Made by a program: the position numbers and the translations under genes. From NCBI RefSeq assembly GCF_009914755.1, contig NC_060931.1: a stretch of DNA of 64,000 nucleotides. The stretch is one strand, 5' to 3'. Of the stretch, positions 1 to 14,244 are shown in pieces (the first letter of the stretch is position 1; each line of letters opens with the position of its first letter). This DNA comes from the human T2T-CHM13v2.0 reference genome, Homo sapiens. The notes beneath the pieces were generated by a model. It was given only the letters and a program-made list of their open reading frames with translations. It ran no database searches and was not told the origin of the DNA.

Positions 1-60
1 ATCTCAGCCACCTCTGTGATGAATATTCCTTATCAGAATTCACACATATTTCCATTTCCA

Positions 61-1312
61 TTTATTTACTTATTCTAACTTGTATTTGAAGTTCGAGAGT
101 ACATGTGCAGGTTTGTAACATAGGTAAACATGTGTCATGGGGGTTTATTGTGCAGATTATTTCATCAGTTATGTATTAAGACTAGTATCCACTAGTTATT
201 TTTCCTGATTCTCTCCCTCCTCCCAACCTTCACCTTCCAATAGGCCCCAGTGTGTATTATTCTCCTCCGTGTCTATGTGTTCTCATCATTTAGCTCCTAC
301 TTATAAGGAAGAACATGCAGTATTTGTTTTTCTGTTCTTGGGTTAGTTGGCTAAGGATAAAGGCCTCCAGCTCCATCCATGTCCCATGGATGAAGAATGA
401 GATCATGAGGACATGATCTCATTCTTTTTTATGGCTGCATAGTGTTCCATGGTGTATATGTACCACATTTTCTTTATCCAGTCTATCATTGATTGTCATT
501 TAGGTTGATTTCATGTCCTTGCTATTGTGAATAGTGTTGCAATGAACATAACGTGTGCATGCATGTGTCTTTATAATAGAATAATTTGTATTCTTTTGGA
601 TATATAGCCAGTAACGGGATTGCTGAGTTGAATAGTATTTCTGTCTTTAGGTCTTTGAGGAACCACCATGCTCTCTTCCACAATGGTTAAACTAATTTAC
701 ACTTCTACCAACAGTGGATAAGAGTTCATTTTTCTCCACAACCTCATCAGCATCTGTTATTTTTTTAGTTTTTAATAATAGCCATTCTGACTGGTGCGAG
801 ATGGTATCTCAGTGTGGTTTTGATTTGCGTTTCTTTAATGATCAGTGATATTGGGTTTTTTCCATATACTTGCTGGCCGCATGCATGTCTTCTTTGGAAA
901 AGTGTCTCTTTATGTTCTTTGCCCACTTTTTACTGGAGTTGTTTGTTTTTTCTTGTAAATTTGTTAAGTTCCTTATAGATGCTGGATTTTAGACCTTGGT
1001 CAGATGCATAGTTTGCAAAATTTTTCTCCCATTCTGTAGGTTGTCCGTTCACTCTGTTGATAGTTTCTTTTGCTGTGCAGAAGTGCTTTAGTATAATTAG
1101 ATCCCATTTGTCAACGTTTGCTTTTGTTGCAATTGCTTTTGGCATCTTCATCATGAAATCTTTGCCTGTGCCTGTGTCCTGAATGGTATTGCCTAGGTGG
1201 TCTTCCAGGGTATTTATAGTTTTGGGTTTTACATTGAAGTCTCTCATCCATCTCGAGTTAGTTTTTGTATAAGATGTAAGGAAGTGGTTCAGTTTCAATC
1301 TTCTGCATATAG
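61..1312 (-). mobile_element. LINE-1 3' fragment (older L1PA, L1PA13-like): 3'UTR plus ORF2 C-terminal part
   Basis: Reverse-complement L1 3'UTR (acatgtgcaggtttgt...; taggccccagtgtgt). ORF 930..1331(-) contains L1 ORF2 motifs [31 protein letters not shown]. Subfamily from remembered 3'UTR motifs. Confidence 0.92.
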
Positions 1313-1429
1313 CAAATAATCTCCAAACCACACAATCCTTCCAAATGTTGTCTTTTTTACATATTCGTCCTTTACAGTTAAGAGTCCTTGAAATATTTTC
1401 CTACAGTTTTAGATGTTTCATTCTTTGTT

Positions 1430-1864
1430 TCTCATTCACTTTTCAGCCCACTGTAATCTGATTTGTTTACCTACCATTTCACAAAAAACAGTCCTTGCTA
1501 AATAACTGATAATATCCGTGTTGCTTAAAATAGTAAACACTATTCACTATTAACTTTACTTGACATTTGGCAAGCATTTGACATTATTGGCATTTCCATT
1601 ATTTTTAAACATAATCTTATCTTGGTTTCTATGGTGATGCATTCTTCTCATTTTCCTTCTACTTTTCTGGCCTTTCCTGGTTAGCCTTTATTTATGTCTC
1701 ATTTTCTTTTTCCACATATTATACTTCTTACAATATGGTCTTGGATCTTCATCTTTTATTTGTCTCCACTATTTAAAAGTGATCCTAACCATTTGCAGAT
1801 CTTAAAATAATACTTAACTGCTAAAATCCCAAGGTATATTTGTACTCCAGAATTCTCTTCTGTG

Positions 1865-1902
<38 letters not shown>

Positions 1903-2272
1903 CTCACGTACATACACAGACATAAATGTGTACGTGAAATCTCCCCTCCTATGTTTAACAGGAACTTTTCAAGCACAGCACTTCCGAAACAAAAAATATT
2001 TACCTCAAATCCTCTAGTTGCCACATAGTTCTCTAATTCTCACCTCACTAAATATCCTTTTTCATATAATTCTTCATACAGAAAACCTGGGAGTCACTAC
2101 TGGCATTTTATTGTTCCTAACTTCTCACATTTCATCTAGATTTCCTCTTCTCTCTACCATCATTAGTAGAACTACTCTGTGCTACTATCACTTCTTGTTT
2201 GCATTTCTGTAATTGCCTCTTATTTCTTCTAAATGCATTTTTTCATAGTAGAGTAACCAGGGTAATCTTTAA
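1430..2272 (+). mobile_element. Highly diverged LINE-2 fragment (ORF2 region), upstream piece
   Basis: Degenerate L2 motifs: cccactgtaatctg, tttacttgacatttggcaagcatttgaca, aaacctgggagtca, ccagggtaatcttt. Confidence 0.65.
1866..1901. repeat. (CA)18 microsatellite
   Basis: Perfect CA run seen directly. Confidence 0.97.
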
Positions 2273-2274
2273 AT

Positions 2275-2620
2275 TTAGCTTTTAAACAAATATTTATGCA
2301 AGATATGCATGTATATAGTTGAAAGGGTCATTCCACAAGGTTTGTAAAAACAAAACAACACAAACAAAAAATCAACACAAAACATAAATAATGACTCATT
2401 TTTCAGTTTCAATTTATATTCTACAGATGCAACCACTTTCAAACTTATCAGCTGTCTTGTACTACTTAGCTCTATCTCTCTAGATAACATTCCTACAATA
2501 ATGATGCTGGTACTACTACTTACTTCTTTTTTAGTTTTATCTTTGCTTTTTATTTGTTCATCCGAAAATATCTTTTAGTTTCAAACCATAGAACATAAAG
2601 TTTTAGCTCATATACCTAAT
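2275..2620 (-). mobile_element. HAL1/old L1-related element, 3' end
   Basis: atgcatgtatatagttgaaagggtca...tccacaaggtttgt...atgcaaccactttcaaactt resembles the HAL1 3' end as remembered. Confidence 0.55.
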
Positions 2621-2624
2621 CTCT

Positions 2625-3512
<888 letters not shown>

Positions 3513-3973
3513 TGTTATATTCCCATGGCTACTGTAACAAACTACTTAAACTGGAAGGCTTGAAATGGGAAAAAATTATTTTCTCACAGTTCCTAAGGAT
3601 AAAGGTGTAAAATCCAGGTGTCACAGCATGACCATGCTCCCTCCAGAGGCTCTAGAAGAGAATCCACTGTTTGTCACTTCCAGTTTCTGGTGGCTGTCAG
3701 CATTCCTTGGCTTGTGGTTGCATCTCTCCAACCTCTCCTCTGTGGTTAAGTTGCCCTTTTTTCTGTCTACATTAAATCTCCCTGTGCTTCACTCTGATAA
3801 GGATGCTTATTGAATTCAATGCCCACCCAGATAATCAAGAACCACCTCATCTTGATGTTCTTAAGTGAATTACATTTGCAAAGACCCATTTTTCCAAATA
3901 AAGTAACATTCACAGATTCCAGGGATTAGGATGTGGACATACCTTTTTGGGAGCCACCATTCAATTCACTACA
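3513..3973 (-). mobile_element. MLT1C-like MaLR LTR
   Basis: TG...CA ends; motifs ttctcacagttc, ctccctccagaggctctag, tacatttgcaaagaccc, ccaccattcaattcactaca. Confidence 0.88.
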
Positions 3974-4597
3974 GTGTATTAATACTTTATGTCCTCTGTC
4001 CCTGAAATACTCCTCCCACATGTAGGATACTCTATTCCAACGTTCTCAACACTCTCAACTTATTTCCGCTCCACTCTAAGTCTAAAATCATATTTAAATA
4101 CCATGAACTCAAATGTCCCCAATCTCATTATCTAAATTATCTAAATCAGTTATGAGTGAGACTCTGAGCATAATATACCCTGAGGAAAACTTCCCCTCCA
4201 TCTGTGGACCTGTGAAATTTAAAATAAGTTATCTGCTTCCAAAATGTAATGGTGGGAGAGGCATAGGATAGACATTCCCATGCCAGAAAGGAAATCGGAA
4301 GGAATAGAGTGGATGAATTACACTAGGTTTCAAGATCTGAGAATCATGCTCTGTGGCTTAATGGAACCTCTGGGTTGCGGCTTTGCTTTCTGTGCCCATG
4401 ACTCTGCCAGCCTTTGCTTTGTACCCATGCTTTCAACCTCCAGCTGGAGGATTTACCTTCAGAGTCACTCTCCCTCTTTCTGGAGAGTTGGCATGTTTGG
4501 AGCTGAGTAACTTTCTCAGCATTTTCCTTACTGTAGAACTCTGGAAGTTTGACAGACTTCTTCCAATTTCTATCTCTGTCTTTTTCAGTCAAATCTG
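3974..4597 (-). mobile_element. MaLR (MLT1) internal sequence, 3' part
   Basis: tctgtggacctgtgaaa, aagttatctgcttccaaaat, ggcataggatagacattcccat are MLT1/MST internal motifs lying next to the 3' LTR. Confidence 0.78.
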
Positions 4598-4600
4598 ATA

Positions 4601-4706
4601 GACTCCAAGAATCCTGGCTTCCAGAACAGTGAGATAATACATTTCTGCTATTTTAAGCTATCCTGGTTGTGGTAATTTGTTACAGAAGCCACAGGAAATG
4701 AAAATA
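4601..4706 (+). mobile_element. MLT1 LTR 3'-end fragment
   Basis: ctggcttccagaacagtgagataatacatttctgctattttaagc...tgtggtaatttgttacagaagcc matches the R/U5 end of MLT1 LTRs. Confidence 0.75.
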
Positions 4707-4893
4707 GTATTACACATTACCTGGAAAGGCATATACTTCAATGTCTGTCTCAGAAATACTGTATAGAAGGTATTTTTTGAGACATCACTTGTCTAAAAAT
4801 ATCTTTCCATATACATAGCTTATAGTTAGGGTATAGAGTCTAGTTTCAGAAATGATTTTCTCTCAGAAATTTCAAAGCATCATTTTTTCTAGT
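4707..4893 (-). mobile_element. HAL1/old L1-related fragment (continuation)
   Basis: gggtatagagtctagtttcagaaatgattttctctcagaaatttcaaagc resembles reverse-strand L1/HAL1 ORF1 sequence. Confidence 0.5.
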
Positions 4894-5527
4894 TGTGATA
4901 GGCAGAATTCTAAGATGTCCCCCTAAGATCTTTGGCCCCAGGTATACACAAATTATCTCCTAGTTATTTAATCAATACCAATCAAAGTACTGCTATGAAG
5001 GAATTTTGGAGATGTAATTAATGTCCCAAATCAGTTAACTTTAAGACTGGCAAGTTATCTGGTAGTGCTGATCTAATCAGATAAGCCCTTTAAATGCAGA
5101 GTTTTTCTTTGGATGGTCACCTAAGAGGAAGCCATATATGTGTAGAATGAGAAGATTTCAATGCACCACTGCTGCTTTGAAGATAGAGAAGGCCATATGG
5201 CAAAAAAATAAAAAATTGAAAAAGAAATGGAGGTCGCCTCTAGGAGTTAAGAGTGGCCTCTGCATGATAGCTAACAAGAAAATGGGAACCTCAGTCCTAC
5301 AATCACACACAAAAAGCTGAATTTTACCAGCAACAATGAGCTTGGAAGCAGACTCTACACTTGGTCTCCATATGAGAATTCAGCTTAGTTGACCCCTTAA
5401 TTTCAGCCTTAGCAGATAACCCAAATATGCCTTCATGGACTTCTGACCTACAGAGTTATGAGCTAATGAATAGGTGTTGCTTTAGGCTGCTAAATTTTTT
5501 ATTGTGCTGTGGTAGAATACTTGTACA
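4894..5527 (+). mobile_element. MLT1E-family solo LTR
   Basis: Starts tgtgataggcagaattctaagatg, contains gatgtaattaa...tcagttaactttaag, ends in CA. Flanks ctagt/ccagt fit a 5-bp TSD with one mismatch. Confidence 0.85.
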
Positions 5528-6985
5528 CCAGTCGTCCATATTGGCATGTTTTTGAGAAATCTAAACACATTATCATCCAAAGTATGATATTTAATTTCAT
5601 CCTCCTTAGTAAGATTTTTAGAATCTTCTTTTTGACACACTGTTTTGAAATTTCTAAATTATATACATTTAACAAGAATCTACTTCCATTCTTTTTTTGG
5701 GGCACATGATGAGCTCTTTTAATAAAGAAAAATTTTTGCCCCTGGAAAATTTGTTGAAATCATTATTATTTTTTCTTTCTGTTTTCCCTGTAATGTCTTT
5801 CTAGAACTCCCATTATTGATATGTTGAACATCCTTGATTAATATACCAATTTTAAATCATTTTATCTAATTTTTCATTTCCATGCATTAATGATCTTTTC
5901 CTTCTTGACTTAACAATTTCAGTTTCTAACACTTCTATTAAGTTTCTCATTTCTGCTATCATAATATTCATTGCCATAAATTCCCTTTTTCCTCTGATTT
6001 TCAAAGTGTATAGAATCTAGTTGTTTTGTGGACACTCTCCTTTTTACTCTCAGACAATATTAACAAGATTTATTTGGTGTGTGGTTTCCAACTTTTCTCA
6101 TGAGCTTCTATTTCCTCTTTTTTTTCTGTTAGTGGTGTTTTGTCTGTGTCTTTTATGTTGGGGCTTTCTTAAGATGTCTGGTGCTCTTTTACTTTCTGGT
6201 CATGCGTAAGACTACAGTACTCAGTACTGACAGGAGGGTGTTACATGTAGGAGAGTTGTCATCTGACTGTTGTACTGTTGGGTGATTCAGAAGGGCTTTC
6301 ATTGGAAAGTCTCCAATATTGTAACTTATAAATCTTTTCTCTCACTATGGAAAGAAGACCGTACCAGTAACTGGGATTAGAAGAGTGTAAGCCTTACCTT
6401 TATAATTGTGTAAACAAATCACCTGGTCAATGCTCAAGGAACAGGATGAGGGAAGAAAAGTATAGTCTTGATATTCAGTATATAGCATTTCATTTAGTCT
6501 GTTTTCAGTATGGTACCTCTGCCTGTCCACTCTCAGTTCAGAGACTCTATTTTATTTTCTCCAGAGAGTAAGCATCCTTTTTCTGCTGAGGGTAGGGCAT
6601 AATGTGGGCCAGTGGCCTGGCTGTACAAAGTGGAAATGGGGAACTGCAGCAGGGATCTGGGGTGGCGTGGGGTGGGCAACTGCAACGAAAATTTTATCAA
6701 CCAATATTCCTGGGATTGGACCCATTCTCATACTTCTCCCAAGGTATTAGAGTTTGGAGGGCATTCTGAAATGCAAATCAAATCGCTTCTCAGTTTTTAC
6801 CTCTCCTGACTTGAAATAAGCTTTTTATTGTTCAACATCAGCTACTGCATATCTTTGTGATTTCCAGTTTTCAAATTTTGCTGCCATAATTTTTTTCTAC
6901 TGATCTTTGTCCTTATAGGTTTGTGGATGTTTAAAGCATATTTTATTGCTGTTTTTAGCAGAGATTAAACATCTTCCATATGTTA
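5528..6985 (-). mobile_element. HAL1/old L1-related fragment (ORF1 and 5' part)
   Basis: T-rich strand with L1 ORF1-like motifs (tttgagaaatct, tttctagaactcccattattgatatgttgaacatccttga). Boundaries approximate. Confidence 0.5.
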
Positions 6986-7596
6986 GAATAATCTTTATAA
7001 ATCATATCATGACAAATTTAAATATATCAATGACTTCCTTTTCCATTGGAATGGAGCACAAAATTCTACCTGTATAGCCCTTGCTTCATGCTTCTCTGCT
7101 ATGTTTTGTACCATTCTGCCTTGATCAATCTGCTTTGAATATTAACCTCTTTTTAATTTTTCTATTATGCTAGATTATTTCTATACTAGGGTCTTCATGC
7201 ATTCAATTTTCTGTATGTAGACTGTTTCTTTTATTCTCCTTAACCCTTTTTCTACATTTCTTACCAGGTTAACTTTTATTCATTTGGTTTAACTATAATT
7301 CTTTCTAGGAGGTCTTCTCCACCTCCCAGTCTTAAGAATGTCTTTCTGTTACATTACTTGGTTACATTATCCTATATATTTTTGTTCTTTCTGTTGCCTG
7401 ACACAATTAGTAACTATATCTTAGTGTGATTATTTCTTGAATGTTTGACTCTGCTAGTGGTCTTTAACTTCTTGAAGAGAGGAAATATGTATTTTTTTTA
7501 TTCACCAGTGTATCAGTTAAAGCCTGTTACAATTACAGCCATGTAATTAGCATTGATTAAGATTTGTTAAGTATATGTATAAATGAGTTGATGAAT
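6986..7596 (+). mobile_element. LINE-2 3' end (continuation of 1430-2272)
   Basis: caatgacttccttttccatt, tttctaggaggtcttctcc, ttattcaccagtgtatc...gatttgttaagtat...aatgagttgatgaat is the typical L2 3' terminus. Confidence 0.65.
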
Positions 7597-9684
7597 ATGT
7601 AGGGATGCCTCTTTCAGGCTGTGGGTTTTCTCAAGAAAAGTGGACAATATGAGGGGATAATGCTGAGAAGTTCTTAACTGAAAAGGAGAGATGCAAAAGA
7701 GAACCCACAATAGTTTCTGAAAATGTAACATAATTGAGGGCTCTGCCATATCCCTTTCTTTGTATACTACAGTTTTCTCTGGAGAATTTCTGTTATTGTT
7801 TATTGGCTGTGTAATTCTGAGTATGATGAATACATTCTTCAATTCTTCATTTTTTACTTTCTAAAATTGCACAATAATGTCTTAGACACTAGCTTTTTCA
7901 AGGGTTTCTGATTATGTACATGTAAAGCCATCAATATTCTGTTTGCCTTGAATACTGAATGCAATTATTAAACATATTTTCTTTTCTTCCTTACTTTCTC
8001 TATGTCCTGCATTGATTAGATATGAGGAAGATATATTTTCTAGGCAGTGAAAGACTTAAAACAAAATAAGTTCCCTTGGGACACTGTGAAATTTGCTTTT
8101 ATAGCTGCCTTAAATATTAGGATAGATTTATCTGTCAGATCTTGATTGACTAAGCCAGGCTGTGGATTAAATGAACTCTCAAGGTCTCTTTCAGGCTTGC
8201 TGATTCTAAAGCAGAAGAATAGTATAACTAGCGCTAGGGATGTCATTCATTATGTGGAACAATCCTACTTACCAGTAGCAGTAGCACTATAATTGTCCAA
8301 AAAACGTAACTAATCTTACAAGGCTTAAGGTATATTAGAAAAAAATATCAGAATAGCTAAGAGTCAAAGTTGTATATATAATATCCTTGAAGTCAAGAGA
8401 TGCTATCTTATGCATTCTAGATTCATCAATATAGAGCACATGCTCTGACATGGAATATTGGCTAAAGTAGCTATTTTAGCCAATTAACAATTAATTACTT
8501 GGCTAAAAAGGAAACTGCAGCACTTTCTTGTTATGACAGACAAGAATTATCTAAACGCTCAGCATTTTGACATTGCTTTTGGTTAGTAATCTTTCTTAGG
8601 TAAATCTTACCCAGCCAACATATACAATTTGAGGACCTATTATATGCAGAGAACTGTTAACCTTAATTTTAATTTTGTATAATATTGGAGATAAATATTA
8701 CTGCAGGCTCATTTTTTCTTTCTTTGAAGCTTGACTTACTAAGTTGTGACTTCTTATGAAATGTTAAAATTGGCAACACTGAGCAGAAACAGAAGCTACA
8801 CTGAACTGAAAAGTATCAGCTATTACTTCCTAGAGGAGGTGATATTAGAGCTGCCCGTTAAAAGGTGCTCAAAAATTTGATAGCTTAAGATAAGGTCTGG
8901 TCCATATCATTAGTATCGGCACAAAGCATATTCAGGCAATACAAAATAAGCTAGCTGTATTGTAACTGAGTTCACATAGGGTAGTTGTTGGAGTTAAGAT
9001 GGAAAGTAATTTCTAGGCAGCATCTCTATGTCCCTATTCTCTCTGGTTAATTTGGCAAACTCCTATTTCTTCTACCAATATCAGTTTACTTGTCTTCTGC
9101 GGGGGCAATCCTACTTTGACTCCCTGTAGTACATTAAGTTCCCTTACACCTAATGTCTACAGGCTTCCTTTGAAAATGCTCAAAACTTGCCTCGGGGCTA
9201 AAGCGAGGAGATTTGGGCCTGGTAGCTATAGCGCTATGATGTAGTGTATTAGTTTTGGATTATATTTCATGATCTACAGAAAAGGCTGTCTTAATCATAT
9301 CATCGAAGGTGGTCTTTGCCACACCTGATCAATTGATAAGCCTCTTTCAATACAGTCACAGGATCGGGTCAGTTTCTGAATCATTCTATTGAAAATAGGT
9401 AGCAGTAAGAATGACAGATTTTCTGTATCAGATTTGCTCAGTAATTGAGCTCAAATGCTCAGAATCAAAACAAGCATTGGTGTTTCAGTTTGTATGAGAA
9501 ATTTCCCAGGCACTCAGTTAAATTGTCCTTAGAATACAGCTGTGGTTGAAAGATACCATGAAAGCCATTATCCTGACTGGGCATTTTTGGCACTTAGCAA
9601 TTACAAAGGCTTATAAATTCTGGGCAGAAAGAAAACCAAACTTCTTTTACATTAACTCCTGTAGTATATAAGCAAATAATGTGA

Positions 9685-10003
<319 letters not shown>

Positions 10004-12419
10004 TGGAAGTCTATTTTATGGGGAGGAGCTTGGAGCTGTAGCTTTCCTGGAAGTCTGTTATGCAGAGCCAGGGCTCACTAGGTCAGCTTTGCCAACGGTT
10101 TGAATTGAGAGATAAGTTGTGACCACTTAGGAGAAACAATACTGACTTTCAGAAAAGATCATCCTCAGACTTATATGTTGGACTTTTTTTCTTCAAGTTT
10201 TTCAATTATGTTTATAAAGTTGAATTTATTTGTTTTACCTTTAAATACATGAATATATTGAGGAACTTTGTTCCTTGGGTAGAGGTTAAACTGAAATTGC
10301 CTATATGTTTCAGATTCTTTATTTATTTACAGAATCCTACCTTTAGAGAATTTTAATGTGTGTAAAATCTAAGTAGAAGATGGTATGGGGTGTATATATT
10401 GAAAGTAGGCCAATTCTGTACTCTGTTAAGCTGTGGGAAATGTCCTGATTTTTAAAGTTATGATATTGGCCATATTTATCTTCATTTCAGTTTGTTGTGT
10501 TTCTCTTCTGGTAACAGCACAGGAACAAAATCCATAGTTTTCAATAAGGAGTGACTTTGACTTATTTTAAATGAATATTTACTTCAAATTATATCAATTT
10601 GTTTCTGTTGGCAAAGTTTCTAAAATAGAAAAGTATCTTCTACACTTTATCTATTTATGTAAAGGGCTAAGATATTCTCAACTACGGTGTCAAAAAACTC
10701 AATTTGAGGTTGTTGCCTGTTTTAGGGAAATGGAAAAGCAAACGCTGATACTGATACCCACTTTATAAGGAAAGGTATTTTGAAAGTTTGTTACTTTCTG
10801 TATAAATTTCTATCTCAGGGTAGAAAAAATAGAAATAGCTTACCAAGTAGCTTACTTATTTTAGAAAGTTTGTTTTTTATCTTTGAAAATTTTTTACCTG
10901 CAGACTTTTTTTTCTTAGATGTTAAATGAATGAAACAACTGTTAAAGTTAGTGGGAAAAAGATTTCCTGAAAATTGTGAAATAATTACTTGAATCAACGT
11001 TTCTTTCATGAAGTACAAAAAAAGATTAATGAAGATTAATTTTATAGTAGAACTTTAGGATTTAATGCCACTAGTATCAGAAATTTTTCTACATTTGCTA
11101 AATGTGGAAGCCCTTGTTAGAGTCCTGGTTTATAGAAATGAGGGCAATGTATATTCCATTTCATGTTCTAGAAAACCATTTTGCCGTCTAACATGGCCTT
11201 CCAGTTGTGTAACTGCAGCCAAATATGTAGTTCTTAAAAATATTTTCATAAGGTAGAAAATTTTTCTATTGCAGTTGTTGAGATTGGGTTAAAGCAACAA
11301 CAACAAACAACTATTTATTAGCAAAAGAAAAAAAATGAATAAAATAAGGTTCTTTGTATACATTCCAAAACACACAAACAAACAAGATATGCTCCTTTAA
11401 CTCCCTTACATTTTCCCTAAAACTTTGCTAAACAATAGGGAGGAGTTATCTTTTCCTTTTCTAAAAGGGAAATAGATATGCCCTTAACTTAATCGTATTT
11501 ATATACAGCCCTGCAAATGTATTTATTTAAAGGGCATCAAAGTCATATTATGGTTTCTAAAACATTGAACTTTGCTATCTAAGACTGAAAAAAATGATCT
11601 ATTCTTGATCAGCTTTATATGACCATTTTATTTGATTGTTTACCAAGAAGATATTTTTAGTTTTATATCACCATTCCTTTTGCACTTCGTCCTTGGTTGA
11701 ACTAGCTCACTGCTAAGAATTCTCAGGAAGACTAAACTCAATTTAGCATTAGTCTAAGAAAAATTTAATTAGAAATATGATACATTGGTTGCATAATAAA
11801 TCATGTAATAAATTCCTGAGCTCATCATGAAGGATTGTGAGTTATGGGCTAATTTGAATAATCCAGGCCAACTGAGAATTGCCTCACTGTCGTTTGTATA
11901 TGAAGAAAAGCAACCCTATAGTGACTGATCTGTTTTTACTGTCAGTTGAAGTGATTTCTAAATAACAAGTTAGAAAGTGTTGCTGAGAAGCTAGAATGAA
12001 GGATTTACAGAAACGTTTTACTCTTTGAGATGTCTTTACTTATTACCCCTGTAGGATTACTAATAATGTAGTTCAGGCCAGTCAGCATTAACATTCATAT
12101 GTCTTTTGTGCAGACAGAAATGCAGGGTGCCATGGACCCTATACCTATGGATATGGTAATGGTGGGGACCGCAGAGAGGGGAAAATGGAATGTGGGTGGG
12201 ATAGAAGTCTGCCAAATAAGATAATATGCAGTGTATTCATCAAGAGTCATAGGCTTAAATGCCTTTAGGACTGTGTTAGCATCCTAGTGACTGGAAGAAA
12301 ACATGCCTCATTTCAGAAGTCCCACCTCCAGAATGCATTGCATTGTTGCATTGAGTGAATCCAATCTTAGTGTTGCTAAAGTGTGAGATCCACCAATAAA
12401 TGAATTATATCCGAGATGA

Positions 12420-12670
12420 AGCTCAGCATTCATTTACAGGAAGCAACAAAATATAGAAATTTAAAAATGTAACATTTGCTAATCTCTTGCAACAAATAAA
12501 AAATCACTAGCCAAGCAAATAAATAGAAAAATATTGCTCATAATAAGGAGAAAAATCAGTCAATAGAAACAGATTTAGAAATGAAAGATGATGGGATAAG
12601 AAGGCAAAAATTTTAAAACAGCTTATGTAAATATGTGCAAAATAAACATAAAATATTATGAATAGACAGT
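12420..12670 (+). mobile_element. Old L1M fragment (ORF1 5' region)
   Basis: cataataaggagaaaaatcagtcaatagaaacaga...ttttaaaacagctta is typical of L1M ORF1 starts. Confidence 0.6.
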
Positions 12671-13894
12671 TGACCAAGGGAATCTAATTAAAAATAACAC
12701 TTTCACTATGGAAGCCAAATAATTTGTTGCCTAATGATGTCATCCAAAATAAAACTCATGAGTTTTGATGTGTATGTGTGTGTGTATGTAACTTGAAATA
12801 TAGATACAAGCTGTCTAAAAAGCAAAAAGTATTATTTTGGACCTCCAGGCTCAGTAATGAAACATATGTGTGTACAAATTACCAGATAGAGATGATGTGT
12901 TTTGAAAGGGAAATAGGTTTTTTTTTTTCTTAACACTTCAGCAGTAGTTGTATGACAAACACATACATAAATCCACAGAGATTTACCCCGTTTTAGATAT
13001 ATTGAATTCAAATACGTGGGATATATTTGTTTGAGTCTTTAAACATAGCATCCTTGCAGACGTATCTAAGTGAAAAAGTTGACCCTGAAAAAGATAGAAG
13101 AAAAAATATTTCATTTTCATTAGTTTGCTCCTCTAGTAAGAACTATTTGAAAGTTAAAACTTGTTTATTTTTCTTCAGAGAGATAGTTGAAGAAATGAGA
13201 GGAGAAGGATTGTTGAGCTAAATCCTAGAAGCAGGCTCTTGACTTTTACAGAAACTAAACTCTTGGGTTCAAGGGATAGTTTCTCCAACTTACCCAAATG
13301 ACTAATTTAGAACAACCTGTGCTGTGCAGATACTGGCAAGAAAGAAGATTTAACACTTCCTTTCAGTATTGAACAAAAATTGGGATAATTTATAAGTTAT
13401 TCTTATTTTAATGATCTTGATTCAAAAGATACACAAATTCACTTTAGATTAACCAAACCAAGTAGATTGCATTGTATTTTGTGAGCACAATTAAGGTCTG
13501 AATTTGGTATAGGCCATTGCAATATTATCAAGTAATTCCACTTTAAACATTTCCCAAAGGGAATGTCTGCTGTCTCACTCTATTTTTGCGTTTGTGTAAT
13601 CTGCCTGGTTCTCACCCTTAACTTTCTAATTCCTTGGGCTTGTGGAAGAGCTTGATTTGTAAGTTAGTTTTGTTCTGGTTTTTGGTTTGCTGACAGTATT
13701 GTTTCTCTCCTTTTCTCCAATAAGATTTTACCCTGATTTTAGTTCTAATAGATTTTATAACGTAGAGCACCTCTTCTTTGAGTCATGAAAACACTGTTAC
13801 TAAATGTTACATAGAAAACCTGTGGGTAAAGAAGGGAAACATTTAGCTGCCTCTGAAAAGCCTCTCTATCCCAAGTCTCTGAGGCAAGTCCATG

Positions 13895-14000
13895 GACCTT
13901 TAGATCTTTTGAACTTTAGTCTTCTTGTCAGCAAAATAGAAATAATACCTATTCTATCTAAATAGGATGTTTGTTAAGAGGATTATAATAAAATGAGTTT
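13895..14000 (+). mobile_element. MIR core fragment
   Basis: tttagtcttcttgtcagcaaaatagaaataatacct...gttaagaggatta resembles the MIR core. Confidence 0.45.
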
Positions 14001-14244
14001 ATTTATCCTATGGTAAAAATGTATCCTGAACTTTGATAATTTTAATTAGGTTGTCATTATTGTCCCCATAATATATTTTACAAATAGAAAATGAAGAATT
14101 GCAAATCTTTAGGCTTAGCTTTTCTAGATGAAGCAGTATTCTGCACTAAGGAAAAATGTGTTCTTGAGATGGCTAGAGAGACAGACAAGCTCAGTTTTCC
14201 ACTGATCATAAGGAAATTACCTTTCCTCTTTCAAGTGTGTGCAT

